Assembly: GCA_963725105.1 (NCBI GenBank)
Contig: CAVRXZ010000009.1
Span: forward strand, 91,363 to 155,362
DNA from: an uncultured Acidobacteriota bacterium
GTDB lineage: Bacteria > Acidobacteriota > Vicinamibacteria > Vicinamibacterales > CAVVIG01
Direction: 5' to 3'
Length of the DNA stretch: 64,000 bases
The notes beneath the pieces were generated by a model. The model ran no database searches and had not been told where the DNA came from. It saw nothing but the letters and a program-made list of their open reading frames with translations. A program made the position numbers and the translations under genes. This document shows positions 1 through 11,344 of the stretch, one piece after another; the first letter of the stretch is position 1; every line of letters begins with the position of its first letter.

Positions 1-934
1 GCCTGCGACTGACGTCGTCCGCCGCATCGAGCTTCTCTCTGGACTCGGCACAGGCATTGTCACGCTGAGCGGGGGCGAGCCAATGCTGCATCCTCAGCTG
101 GATGACATCGTTTCAGCGATCCGCCAGCGCGGCATGATCGCGACGCTCATCACGAACGGATACCTGCTCACGTCTGATCGGATCGTGCGCCTCAACCGGG
201 CGGGTCTGGACCACCTGCAGATCAGCATCGACAACGTGATGCCTGATGAGGTGTCGAAGAAGAGTCTGAAGGTGCTGGATCGCACCCTTCAGAACCTCGC
301 GCGCCACGCCGAATTCGACGTCACGATCAACGTCGTTGTCGGCAGCACCGTCCGCCGGCCGGATGATGCACTTGTCATTGCGCGGCGGGCGGCGACCCTG
401 GGGTTCTCAACCACAGTCGGCATCATCCATGATCATCATGGGCAACTGCTGCCTCTAAGCGATGAGCAGAGGGGCGTCCTGGATAGGATCGTCGGGCTGG
501 GCGCGTCGCTCTTCGATTTTGCGAATTACAATCGCTTTCAGAAGAACCTGTCGCAGGGGAGACCAAACGCGTGGCTCTGCCGTGCCGGTTCGCGGTATCT
601 CTACGTGTGCGAGGATGGCCTGGTGCACTGGTGCTCGCAGCAGCGTGGCTATCCGGGAATCCCGCTCGAACGTTATGGCCCGGACGATCTCGAACGCGAG
701 TACCACTCGTCCAAACCGTGCGCGCCGTTCTGCACGGTCGGCTGTGTTCATCGAGTCGCGCAACTCGATGAGCTGCGGAACGAGCCGCTCCAGGCCTTGA
801 CCGATTGGTTCGCACCGACCACCGGCGAGAGGAAGATGCCGGTCGGAGTCCGCGCGTTGTCGTGGATGTTCGTCACGAGCCCGCACCGCGACCTCTTTCG
901 AACCGCGGCACAGCGCGTGTTCGGTATCAGATAG
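1..934 (+). CDS. Radical SAM protein with C-terminal SPASM/twitch-like Cys cluster (5' end outside window)
   Basis: Frame is open from base 2: VTLSGGEPMLHP, LITNG and QISID core motifs, then CRAG..C..WC and CAPFCTVGC. The CxxxCxxC motif would lie upstream of the window. Confidence 0.85.
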   Translation, partial: PATDVVRRIELLSGLGTGIVTLSGGEPMLHPQLDDIVSAIRQRGMIATLITNGYLLTSDRIVRLNRAGLDHLQISIDNVMPDEVSKKSLKVLDRTLQNLARHAEFDVTINVVVGSTVRRPDDALVIARRAATLGFSTTVGIIHDHHGQLLPLSDEQRGVLDRIVGLGASLFDFANYNRFQKNLSQGRPNAWLCRAGSRYLYVCEDGLVHWCSQQRGYPGIPLERYGPDDLEREYHSSKPCAPFCTVGCVHRVAQLDELRNEPLQALTDWFAPTTGERKMPVGVRALSWMFVTSPHRDLFRTAAQRVFGIR

Positions 935-945
935 GCCACCCGCAC

Positions 946-1875
<930 letters not shown>

Positions 1876-1908
1876 TCGTTGGTCGTTGGTGTCTTTAGTC
1901 CTCCCGCT

Positions 1909-2362
1909 CTAGCTGCGAGCGGCAGCAAGCGAGCGTTCGATGGGGCCGGCGACCGGCCGCTCGAACGGGATCATGTTGCGCAGGACGGCGATCGACCAGA
2001 CCCCGTTGTCTTTCGTCGCGACCAGGCCCATCGACGAGCGCTTGATTGGGAAGGGCTCCCCGTCAGGCGTACGTAACATCCACGACGCGTCCACGACCGC
2101 GACGTCAGGTCGCACAAACCGAATCTGATCGATCTCCGAGTGCAGACGCGTCCCCTTGAAGAACGTGGCGAGGATTTCGTCGTGGCCACGGGCGATCACG
2201 TCGCGACCGTGCGCTCGCAGGCCCATGATGTTGGTGAAGTCAGCGTCTTCGGCGAAATCCTCGTGCGAGGGTGGCCCCGTCGGCAGCATTCCAGCCTTCC
2301 ACGAACTGATCGACAAGGCTTCTGATGGCGGCATCATCGCTTGCGTTGACGTCAGACTCCAT
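1909..2362 (-). CDS. SgcJ/EcaC (SnoaL-like, DUF4440) family protein, one frameshift
   Basis: GGAGG + ATG 2362 gives MESDVNASDDAAIRSLVDQFVEGWNAADGATLARG. One extra T near 2256 joins this to FAEDADFTNIMG..GRDVI..IRFVRPDVAVV. Confidence 0.75.
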
Positions 2363-2385
2363 GATGTCCTCCCGGCTGGTGGTAT

Positions 2386-2446
2386 ACTTGACACAATGTC
2401 AAGTTCAGGCCGCTATCGTAGCCTGTCACTAGACACAGTGTCAAGT
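2386..2446. promoter_or_regulatory. Two 19-bp palindromic operators, probable TetR sites
   Basis: ACTTGACA-CAA-TGTCAAGT (2386-2404) and ACTAGACA-CAG-TGTCAAGT (2428-2446), 42 bp apart, between the divergent tetR and sgcJ-like genes. Confidence 0.7.
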
Positions 2447-3021
2447 CCAGCTGGGGACCCGGCCACGCGGCGCCGCATCCTCGATGCCACGCTCAGGCTC
2501 GTGGTCAGGCGCGGCGGGGCCGACGTCAGGATGGCCGATGTCGCCCGAGCCGCGCGTGTCTCGCGACAGGCGCTGTATCTGCATTTCGCCGACCGCGCCG
2601 AGCTCTTCACCGCGGTCGTCCGTCACGGAGACGAGCGCCGCGGGCTGACTGCGGCGATTCGGCGGGTCACCGATGCGGCCAGCGCCGTCGACGCGATTCG
2701 GCAGATGGTGGCGCTGCAGGCCGAATTCAATCCGGACATCTGGCCCGTGGCCCGGGCACTTGAAGCGGTCCGGCGTCAGGACGAGGCGGCTGAGCGCTCG
2801 TGGCAGGACCGACTCGAGAATCGCCTTCAAGGATGCCGGGGAATCGTCGCGCGGCTCGCGCAGGAAGGGACCCTGGGCAGGGGCGTCGATCAGGCCGTGG
2901 CCGCCGATCTGCTCTGGACGCTCACGTCGCTGAGGACGTGGGAGGATCTGGTCCTGCAGCGAGGATGGACCGCGGCTCGGTACGAAGAACAGATCACGCG
3001 GCTCTTGCTGATCACGCCTGA
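2438..3021 (+). CDS. TetR/AcrR family regulator (stop probably lost through an indel)
   Basis: TRRRILDAT..VRMADVARAARVSRQALYLHFADRAEL HTH. Coding signal ends near 3020, where a TGA lies one base off-frame. Confidence 0.85.
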
Positions 3022-3040
3022 CAGGCGGGGCGGGATCCCT

Positions 3041-4069
3041 TCAGCCGAGCATGTCCCGCACGAGCGGGACAACCTTCGTCCCGTAGAGCTCGATGCTCGT
3101 CATCAGCTTGTCGTGCGGCAGCGTCCCGTTCGCGTATTTCAGATCGAAACGCGACAGGCCCAGCGCTTTGACGGTGCGGACGATCTTCGCCGCGACCGTC
3201 TGCGGAGATCCCACGAAGAGGGCCCCGTCGCGGGCCTCGCGTTCGAAGTGATCGCGCCCGATGGGCGACCACCCTCGTTCCGATCCGATGCGGTTCATCA
3301 ACACCGCGTAGTGAGGCCACAATTCTTCCTTGGCCTGTTCGTCGGTGGCGGCCACATGACCTGGCGAGTGCGCGCCAATCGGCTGGATCGCCTTGCCGAA
3401 CCGCTCGAGCTGCTCGCGGTAAAGCTCGGAATACGGCGCGAAACGAGCCGGGTTTCCGCCGATGATCGCCAGCATCAGCGGCAGCCCGTAGTGCGCGGCC
3501 CGCGCAACCGATTGCGGGGTCCCGCCGACACCGACCCACGTGTACAGCGTGCCCTCGATCTCCGGATAGACGCGCGCGCCGTTCAGCGGGGCGCGGAGAC
3601 GCCCCTTCCAGGTAATCGGTCCGCCTTTGAGCAATTCAGCAAACAGGTTCAGGTGTTCTTCGAACAGCTCGTCGTAGTTCGCCATGTCGTAGCCGAACAG
3701 CGGATACGACTCCGTGAACGACCCGCGCCCGACGATGATTTCGGCGCGGCCGTTCGAGATCGCGTTCAGCGTGGAGAAGCGCTCGAAGACGCGGACGGGG
3801 TCGTCCGTGCTGAGCACCGTGACCGACGACCCGAGATGGATGCGGGAGGTTCTCGCGGCAATCGCGGCGAGCACGACCTCAGGCGCCGAGACGGAAAAAT
3901 CCGGGCGGTGGTGTTCGCCGACGCCGATGAACGCCAGACCGACCTGATCGGCAAGCTCTCCCTGCTTGACGACATCGCGGACGGCCTGCGCCTGAGACAG
4001 GGGCGCGCCGTCCGCATCGACAGTCGCATCGCCGAACGTATCCAGACCAAGCTCGAGTGGTTGTGTCAT
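3041..4069 (-). CDS. LLM class flavin-dependent oxidoreductase (luciferase-like)
   Basis: GVGEHHRPDF, LGSSVTVLSTDDPVRV and GRGSFTESYPLFG. Confidence 0.92.
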   Translation of the reverse strand: MTQPLELGLDTFGDATVDADGAPLSQAQAVRDVVKQGELADQVGLAFIGVGEHHRPDFSVSAPEVVLAAIAARTSRIHLGSSVTVLSTDDPVRVFERFSTLNAISNGRAEIIVGRGSFTESYPLFGYDMANYDELFEEHLNLFAELLKGGPITWKGRLRAPLNGARVYPEIEGTLYTWVGVGGTPQSVARAAHYGLPLMLAIIGGNPARFAPYSELYREQLERFGKAIQPIGAHSPGHVAATDEQAKEELWPHYAVLMNRIGSERGWSPIGRDHFEREARDGALFVGSPQTVAAKIVRTVKALGLSRFDLKYANGTLPHDKLMTSIELYGTKVVPLVRDMLG

Positions 4070-4090
4070 GAGGGCGCGCCGCGCCGCAGC

Positions 4091-4898
4091 CTACCGGGGC
4101 TTGCGGGCTATCAATTGATGATTCCGACAGTGCCCGACCAGCACCTGCGGATTGTCGTCGGCCTCGCGCATCTGCTCCGCCAGTTGTGCCAGGCGGTCGC
4201 TGGTCAGCAGGCCTTCTTCGATGAGGCTGGGACCTGCTTCGAGGAACGTCCAGCTCCAGAAGTTCTTGTGTGTACCGTTCAGGTAGTGCGGATGATACGC
4301 AGTTGCGTCGAGAACTTCGAAGCCGGCTTCGCGGGCCCACACGTGCAACCGACGGCCGCCTTCGTAGTCCACGCCGCGCTTGCGCCCCGCCGCGAGCGCG
4401 AGATCCCGGTAAGTGTGGTAGCCCTTGGTCTCCGGCTCCGTGTACACCTGCGCGACGTCCACCTCTTCGCAGACCATGATGCCGCCGGGCTTCAGCGCCT
4501 CGCCGATCTTGCGCATGGCGTCGACAGGCCGGTTGAGATGAACCAGAAGCCAGCGCGAGTACCGAGTAGTCGTACGTCGCCGAGGGCAGACCGTGGTCGT
4601 AAATGCTGCGGTTGAGAAACTCGACATTCGTCAGCCCCTCAGCTTTCGCAAGCCGGCTCGCCTCACCGAGATGCTCCTCGCTCAAATCGATTGCCGTGAC
4701 CTGGGCCGCCTGCGTCGCGGCCCAACGCGACACGTAGCCCAGACCGCAACCGAACTCGACATAGCGGTGCTCGCGCCCCAACCCCGCCCGCTGCAACAAG
4801 TTCCGCGTATGCGGATCATGAATTTCGCACAGCATTCGAAGACGGTCGTGCCCGGAGCGTCCGGAAGCGAGCACGTAACGATCGCCAAATGAGGTCAT
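4091..4898 (-). CDS. Class I SAM-dependent methyltransferase, one frameshift near 4563
   Basis: EFGCGLG motif I and IDLS in ORF 3879..4898; YSRWLLVHL and LKPGG in ORF 4091..4627. Removing one G joins the two. Confidence 0.8.
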
Positions 4899-4923
4899 GC
4901 TTTTGAAGTCTAGCAGACCAGCT

Positions 4924-4950
4924 TGTCACGTTCAGGAGCCTTGACTCGTC
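4924..4950 (+). promoter_or_regulatory. ECF41-type promoter
   Basis: TGTCACG-N16-CGTC fits the described ECF41 consensus TGTCACA-N16-CGTC. It lies ahead of an epimerase operon that ends in an ECF41 stub. Confidence 0.7.
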
Positions 4951-4952
4951 CT

Positions 4953-5363
4953 ATGGATATGACCGGAAATCGCAGCCGTGCCTGGACCTGGATGACCGCG
5001 GTTGTTCTCGCGCATCTCCTGGTCGCCATCGTCCACGGCATCGCTCACACCCAGGCTCAGGTACCGCTCTCACCCACGCAGAATCTATTCGTCCTGCTCG
5101 TCATTCTCGCGGGTCCGCTGATTGGACTCGCGCTGACCTGGCCCGCACCGCGTTTCGGGAGCTGGATTGTCGCGATCACCATGGCGGGGGCATTCATTTT
5201 CGGGCTGGTGAATCACTTCGTCTTCGTCAGTCCCGATCACGTCGCTCACGTGGACCCGCACTGGCGGCCGCTGTTCGCAACGACCGCCGTCCTGCTCGCC
5301 GTGCTCGAATTGCTTGGCGCCGTGCTGGCAATCCGTTTCGCCCGAGAGAGGAAGTCGTCATGA
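4953..5363 (+). CDS. Small membrane protein (~4 TM) with His residues
   Basis: Four hydrophobic stretches, HGIAH and NHFVFVSPDHVAH. ATGA overlap with the next gene. Confidence 0.65.
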   Translation: MDMTGNRSRAWTWMTAVVLAHLLVAIVHGIAHTQAQVPLSPTQNLFVLLVILAGPLIGLALTWPAPRFGSWIVAITMAGAFIFGLVNHFVFVSPDHVAHVDPHWRPLFATTAVLLAVLELLGAVLAIRFARERKSS

Positions 5364-6268
5364 ATGTCTTTGTAGCGGGTGGATCTGGGGTCATTGGCAT
5401 TCCCCTCGTACGCGCGCTGGTCGCCGCTGGCCACCAGGTCGGTGCGCTGACGCGCTCGGGAAGCAGACGGGACGAGCTGCGCACGCTTGGCGCTTCCGTA
5501 GTGGTCGCCGACGCGCTGGATCGAGCGGCTCTCATCGCCGCGGTCGAGTCGGCCCATCCTACGCACGTGATTCATCAATTGACTGCCCTTCCCAAGGGCG
5601 GACCGCGCCGGACCCGCGATCTCGAGGCGACGAACCGCCTTCGCATCGACGGCACACGAAACCTGCTCGACGCAGCCATCAAGGCTGGCGCCAGACGATT
5701 CATCGTTGGCTCGTTTGCCATGCTGTCAGAACGAGGCCCCGGATCCGACGCGACGGGCGATGCTGGCGCTGCAGCCGTTCGCTCGATGGAGACCCAAGTG
5801 CTTGACGCGACAACCCGCGGGTCGATTGAAGGCGTCGTGCTCCGCTACGGCATGTTCTACGGTCTCGAAACGGCGTCAACCGTTGCCATGATCGACATGG
5901 TCAGGAAACGACGTTTGCCGGTCGTGCGCGGCGATGCGAGCCAGTTGCCGCTCATCCATCTTGACGATGCGGTGAGCGCGACCGTACGCGCTTTGGATCT
6001 GGCCCCAGCGGGCAGCGCGTACGATATCGTGGACGATCGTGCGGTGAGCATGACGGAGATTGTCGAGGCGCTCGCGAAGTACAGCGGATCGGCGGCGCCG
6101 TTCAGGGTGCCCGCCTGGCTGCCGCGGCTTGTCGCCCCTTACATGGCCCGTGTCGTCTCGATCCGGATGCCACTGTCCAACGCCAAAGCGAAGGCGGAGC
6201 TTGGCTGGCGGCCGAAGTATCCGACGCTGCGCGAGGGCCTCGCGCAGATGTTCCAGCAGGCGGCTTGA
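5360..6268 (+). CDS. NAD-dependent epimerase/dehydratase family protein
   Basis: VFVAGGSGVIG Rossmann motif, VIHQLT, LRYGMFYG, IHLDDA and SNAKAKAELGWRP. Confidence 0.9.
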   Translation: MNVFVAGGSGVIGIPLVRALVAAGHQVGALTRSGSRRDELRTLGASVVVADALDRAALIAAVESAHPTHVIHQLTALPKGGPRRTRDLEATNRLRIDGTRNLLDAAIKAGARRFIVGSFAMLSERGPGSDATGDAGAAAVRSMETQVLDATTRGSIEGVVLRYGMFYGLETASTVAMIDMVRKRRLPVVRGDASQLPLIHLDDAVSATVRALDLAPAGSAYDIVDDRAVSMTEIVEALAKYSGSAAPFRVPAWLPRLVAPYMARVVSIRMPLSNAKAKAELGWRPKYPTLREGLAQMFQQAA

Positions 6269-6502
6269 GGTCCTCAACTTTCTGATCGGCCTGCACCGCG
6301 TGGCGCAGACGACAGGCATCGGCGACGTCTCGCTGAGAATCGAAGACGTCAATTCCGAGCCGGCGCTCGTCGTGCGGATCGGCCAGCGGCTGGAATCGAT
6401 CTTCGTGTTCTCGATTGCCGACAATGGGGTTTCAGCGATCCGGGTTGTACGCAATCCGGCAAGCTCGCGCATATCGACCGCCAGCTGACGACGCTACACT
6501 GA
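6267..6502 (+). pseudogene. C-terminal remnant of an ECF41 (SigJ-like) sigma factor
   Basis: EDVNSEPALVV...IRVVRNP[frameshift]KLAHI matches the SnoaL-like tail and NPDKL motif of ECF41. No start codon and no sigma2/sigma4 region. Confidence 0.65.
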
Positions 6503-6517
6503 GACGGGGGCGCTTTT

Positions 6518-7468
6518 TCACTTCAGCTCGTCGAACGCCGCCTGCACGTTTGCCTTCAGCCGATCGGGTGCAGGCTGCTCGTACCCGACGAACTTTCCCG
6601 GCACCTTCCAGCTGGCCGCCACATCGTCAACTGACTTCCCCGCTTTCTTTGCGGCGCGCACGGCGTCGATGAACTCGCGGTTGAACGCGGCGTATTCCTT
6701 GAGGTCCGCCATCGTCATCACCGTACTGTGGCCGGTGATGATGGAGTCCACGTTCTGCACCGAGCCGGCAGCTTTTGCGAGCGTATCGGGCAACGCGACG
6801 GCGCTGCCGCCGTTGCTGGTATCGACCAGCGGCCAGCCCTTCGCCGCGAAGATGTCGCCGGCGTGCATGACGCGCAGCGCCGGGAACACCACCCACGAGT
6901 CGCCGTCGGTGTGGCCCGGACCAAAGTAATAGAGGTCGACGCGATCCGGACCGCTGCCGAGCGACAGCTTGTCTTTGTACGTCTTCTTCGCGATGTTTCT
7001 TCCGTTGTTCGCCTTGAAGACGTCGGGGCCTGCCAGCTGCTCGAAGCCTTTCGGCGGAATTCCCCGCTCCATGTTCTTCTTGGTGTTCTCATGCGCGACG
7101 ACCTCAATATCCGCCGGGAAATCGACGTTGCCGCCCACGTGATCGAAATGCGTGTGCGTGTTGATGAGCGTCGTCACCGGCTTGTTCGTCAGCTCCTTGA
7201 TCTTGTCGATCAGCGGCCGGCCCCAGCCCGGAATCTTCGTGTCGACGATGACCACGCCGTTCGTGCCGACGAACATGGCGGTGTTGCCGCCGCCGCCTTT
7301 GAGGATGTAGAGATTGTCGCGAAGCTTCTCGACCTCCACCACCGGAGGCCCTTCGGGTCCGCGACCGCGACCGGACTGCGCCTGCTGCGCTGAGACAGCA
7401 AGGGACAACGCGCCAACGGCGACGAGCGCGCCGAGAATCGAACTCCTGCGCAGGCTCATGCGGATCAT
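6518..7468 (-). CDS. Secreted MBL-fold metallo-hydrolase (cyclase-like)
   Basis: Signal peptide, INTHTHFDHVGGN, GHTDGD, HAGD and ITGH. Confidence 0.88.
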   Translation of the reverse strand: MIRMSLRRSSILGALVAVGALSLAVSAQQAQSGRGRGPEGPPVVEVEKLRDNLYILKGGGGNTAMFVGTNGVVIVDTKIPGWGRPLIDKIKELTNKPVTTLINTHTHFDHVGGNVDFPADIEVVAHENTKKNMERGIPPKGFEQLAGPDVFKANNGRNIAKKTYKDKLSLGSGPDRVDLYYFGPGHTDGDSWVVFPALRVMHAGDIFAAKGWPLVDTSNGGSAVALPDTLAKAAGSVQNVDSIITGHSTVMTMADLKEYAAFNREFIDAVRAAKKAGKSVDDVAASWKVPGKFVGYEQPAPDRLKANVQAAFDELK

Positions 7469-7494
7469 TTTACGTCCCTCCTCAGGGTCGAGAG

Positions 7495-7550
7495 CAGAGA
7501 GCTGAGGGCAATTCGAGCCATCGAACTTGCCCTTTGCCCTGTGCTCTCTG
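7495..7550. repeat. Intergenic imperfect inverted repeat built from short repeated units
   Basis: CAGAGAGCTGAGGGCAA...TTGCCCTGTGCTCTCTG (2 mismatches) enclosing an inner TTCGA-GCCA-TCGAA hairpin. Confidence 0.5.
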
Positions 7551-7551
7551 G

Positions 7552-8532
7552 TTAGAGCGGCTCAATCTCGTGAATCCGGCTGATGTCCACGGCGACCCGC
7601 GACCGCGCGTCAGGCTGCAGGAACATCGACTTGAATCGGGCGTTCCAGATGATTTCATCGGCGCGATACGACGACCGTGCGTGAACAGTCTGCTCCAGCG
7701 CTTCGTCTATGCCGGTCAGCAGGACCAGGATCTCGGCCTGCGCTCGCTCCAGGTCTTCGGGAGTTCGCCCAGCCAGGGGGCTCGCAGCATCAATCGGGTG
7801 CACGATGGTCCAGGAGAGAGGGAAAAACGTCACCTTGTTGCGTTCAAGAGAGAGCAATGTGTACCGGCGCGTAGCTCCGCCGCGTGAGTCCGGCTCGACC
7901 GCGCTGAACAGCACTTGCGCTTCGAGTTCGATGATCTCACTCCGCCGTCCGTTCACCAGCCTGAACATCAGCCCCTGTCCGTCGTTGTAAGGAGCAACGA
8001 CGGCGATACGGCTGAAGAGCAAGGCGGGATGGGGCCGTGTGAACCTGGCAAACAGCAGCCCCGTCGCGAGCGCCTGGTACATGAGACCGACCAGCGCCTC
8101 GACTGTGACGACCAAGTTTGGGGCCAACCCGTTCGGGCCGATCTGGCCGTACCCGATCGTGGCGAACGTCTGGATGCTGAAGAAGAACGCCTGGCTGAAC
8201 CGCCCTCCCAGCATCGTCGCCCCCTGGCCAAGCAAGGCGTCTGGGCCGCAGAGCACGTAGGCCAGCGCGAACACGAGATTCAGAACCAGATAGATGACGC
8301 TCACCACTCCCAGGAAGCCGGCCCAGGAGATCGTCAGGAGTACGTGGTACGGCGCAAAGTTCTCGAGCAGTCCTAGTCCGATCCGGGCGACGTTGAACGA
8401 GCCGTCTCGATTGAGCAGGCGCTGTCGGCTTTCGCGTCCGACGACCGTTCCGAAGCCGAGGTCGCGATCCCGGGACCGAGCCTCGGGCGAGTTCCGAGGA
8501 GCCAGCGGGCTGGGTTCAAAGGTGCGGGCCAC
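7552..8532 (-). CDS. Inward-rectifier potassium channel (KirBac family)
   Basis: AFFFSIQTFATIGYG selectivity filter, two TMs, FARF, WTIVHPIDAASPL and ARSSY. Confidence 0.92.
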   Translation of the reverse strand: MARTFEPSPLAPRNSPEARSRDRDLGFGTVVGRESRQRLLNRDGSFNVARIGLGLLENFAPYHVLLTISWAGFLGVVSVIYLVLNLVFALAYVLCGPDALLGQGATMLGGRFSQAFFFSIQTFATIGYGQIGPNGLAPNLVVTVEALVGLMYQALATGLLFARFTRPHPALLFSRIAVVAPYNDGQGLMFRLVNGRRSEIIELEAQVLFSAVEPDSRGGATRRYTLLSLERNKVTFFPLSWTIVHPIDAASPLAGRTPEDLERAQAEILVLLTGIDEALEQTVHARSSYRADEIIWNARFKSMFLQPDARSRVAVDISRIHEIEPL

Positions 8533-8594
8533 GACGGCATGCTACCACCTGACCCACGAAAACAGCTCGCGGCTATGACGCGCCTTACGCCCTC

Positions 8595-9284
8595 GTGATC
8601 TTTGCCGTGCTCGGCACGGCTTTCTCGATCGCGACGATCGTTGCGTGGCGGAGCCAGCAAGGCTACCTGACGCTCATCATGGGTTTCTATGGCGTGTTCT
8701 TTCTGGCGAACGCCGCGAGTTTCTCCTACACGACCAGGCGCGGCAAGTTCCTGGTCTGGGACGACCTCCTCGACGACCTTCACCTTCGCGGCGACGAACG
8801 CGTGCTCGACATGGGGTGTGGACGAGGCGCGGTCCTCGTCGCCGTCGCGAGACGACTCCGGACCGGGCACGTCACCGGCGTCGACCTCTGGAGCACGCAC
8901 GATCAGTCGGGAAACTCGCACCAGGTCACGCTGCACAACGCGAAGATCGAAGGCGTCCCGGATCGAATCGACATCGAGACGGGCGACATGCGGGCGCTCC
9001 CGTTTCCCGACGCAGCCTTCGATCTCGTGGTCTCCAGCCTCGCCATTCACAACATCAAGTCGGACGGTGACCGTGCGAAGGCAGTCGCCGAAGCCTGGCG
9101 TGTGCTCAAACCCGGTGGGCGCCTGGCGATTGCCGACATCCGGGCCACAGCGCTTTACGCGAAGACACTCAGCGCGCTTGGCGCAACTGACGCAACACGC
9201 CGGGGTCTCGGATGGCGGTTCTGGTACGGCAATCCATTCGCGGCGACCAGTCTGGTCACGGCCACGAAACGAATCTCGGCGTAG
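8595..9284 (+). CDS. Membrane-anchored class I SAM methyltransferase (true start slightly upstream)
   Basis: VLDMGCGRG, GDMRALPF and LKPGG, with two N-terminal TMs. In-frame GYDAPY lies upstream without a start codon, suggesting an indel. Confidence 0.85.
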   Translation: MIFAVLGTAFSIATIVAWRSQQGYLTLIMGFYGVFFLANAASFSYTTRRGKFLVWDDLLDDLHLRGDERVLDMGCGRGAVLVAVARRLRTGHVTGVDLWSTHDQSGNSHQVTLHNAKIEGVPDRIDIETGDMRALPFPDAAFDLVVSSLAIHNIKSDGDRAKAVAEAWRVLKPGGRLAIADIRATALYAKTLSALGATDATRRGLGWRFWYGNPFAATSLVTATKRISA

Positions 9285-9342
9285 CGATACGACGCGAGGA
9301 GTCCGTCACATGGCAGCGCTGAACCGGCGATGCCCCGCGAGC

Positions 9343-10993
9343 CTATCTCCGCGGTCGACCGAACCTCAGGAACGGGTTGAGCTGCACGGTTCGGGGCGGC
9401 GGTACGATCACCAGATTCTCCTCATCGACTTTGAACAGGACCAGATTGTTCAGAAATGCGATCAGCGCCTGTTGATTGCCGAGCGGTGCCCCTCTGAACG
9501 CCGCTGTGGACTGGGCGGCTTCTCCACCGTGTTCGAGAATAGCCTCTGTCAGGGTCGTCGCTCGTCCGTCGTGGAGATATGGCGCCGTCGACCCCACGCC
9601 CCACAAGTTGCGAGTCAGGAAGGTTGACGCGCCCGTGCCTTCTTCATCGATGGACTCAGCCAGCCGCGATCCCATGTTGTGTCGCTTGAGGTCGCCGAAC
9701 AGCTCAACGATGGCGCGACCCTGACTGTCCCGCTTGAACGAGCCGAACGAGATCACGCGGCCGCTGTCGTTCTTCACCCGGTTGTCGGGCTGATCTCTCG
9801 TCAGATCAAAGCTGACAGGAAATCTCGGATCGACAAGGCGCGCGACCGGATCCTGCTGCGCCGGAAACGTCTGGTCCCTGTACTGCGCATTTCGGCTCGG
9901 CATGCGGAAAACCGGGTCGTCGAGAAGCAGCTGCGGCACGTGACACGAAGCACAGCCCATGTTCCCGAATACCTTCGAGCCCGCGTTGATCGCGGCCAGC
10001 TCAGCGCTCGGCAAGGCGTCAATCAGGTTAAGCGAGGCAAGCTCGACTTTCGTTGTCGGACGCGGCTGCGCGGCCAGGTATACCGACAAGGCGGTGATAT
10101 CGCCGACGGTCAGCTCGTCCGCAACGCCATCGCCGTCGCCGTCCACGCCGTCACCCACGATCTCCACCGCCTGCATCCCGATTTCGTCGTGGGCCGCGTT
10201 GCGATTGAACTCGCGGATGGTCGCAACTGTGCCCTTCCACTGAAACGGTCGGACGACGAGATCGCTCGACACCCCGACAACTCGGGACGTGTCGAAGGTG
10301 GAGGCGCAGGGGAACCCTGATCGGCGGGTCGCGCGGATCGACCCGAAGCTGATGCCTTTCGCGCATGAGCGGCAGCGTCACTGACCCCGCGCTGCACGCC
10401 TGGTCGGATGCGAGCGTTCGCGTCTGCTGCAGCGCCTCGGTCATTTCTTCCGCGAGGCGCTGCGATGCGCCGAGCGCGAACACGTGCGGCGTGTTGCGCT
10501 GGATGAACTGCTTCAGATTGCCGCTATGCAGGGGATCGCGATGGACGTTGCCGACCGCTGAGCCGGATCCGTCGTCGAACAGCTGGACGTGACAGGCGTT
10601 GCACGAAATCGCGTTCGGTCCGGTCGCGCGCTTCGGCGTATGGCTCGCCCACTGACCAGGTCCGGCCAGATCCGCCCGAGGCACACGTGTAAAGCGGGTG
10701 CCGTCGCCGACGTTGGCGCCGACGCCGTCGACTGAGGTGAATTCGGTCTCGAACAGCTCGTCGCCATGTTCGAAGGCCTCGGTGAACGCATCGGCGGCCT
10801 TGTTGGCGCGCACGAGATCGTAGAGCGTCTTCTGGTCGAGGTGTTCCGCCTTTGCTGGATGCAGTGCTTCCACGAGCGAGTAGTCGGTCACAATCGCCCA
10901 CAGCGCGGCGCCTGCCGAGACGGCGAGCGCGATGGTGAAACAGCCTCTGACGACGATCGACGGCGACAACAGACGATCAGCGTGGCGACCCAT
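9343..10993 (-). CDS. Di-haem oxidoreductase (DHOR/peroxidase-like) family exported protein, frameshift near 10362
   Basis: CNACH and CASCH haem motifs, RNTPH, PFQWKG and PYLHDGRATTLTEAILEHGGEA. Confidence 0.8.
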
Positions 10994-11344
10994 TGGCCCT
11001 CCGGAAACAGAAATCGGGTTGTGCGAGCGAGTGCCCGCCGGAGGGCAAGATGGGGGCCGTGCTGACGACCTGCGGAGTTGCTAGTGTTTTCTTGGATCGA
11101 TTGGAGAACGCGACGGTAGCGTTGCGAAAGAAGACTCGACGGTAGGACCCATTGTTACATCACGAATACCGCCCACATGTCCGTACCTCCATGAACCCAC
11201 AGAACTTCCACATACTCCGTGTCGCCGTGTGCCGAAGCAATCGCTGAGTTCTAAATCCCGACGTCCAGGGGCCGAAGCGACGGCGATCGGAGCACGATGT
11301 ACGCCGCAGCTATGCCGGCGGTGGTCAGCAGCAGCGTGCCAGCG

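Noticed and set aside
2156-4615. 819-aa ORF as a giant TetR fusion
   Set aside because: Only 2438-3020 is TetR. The rest is the antisense shadow of the LLM and methyltransferase genes after a lost stop codon.
11155-11178. Micro-ORF MWAVFVM with GGAGG on the minus strand
   Set aside because: Too short to support, with no attenuator structure seen.
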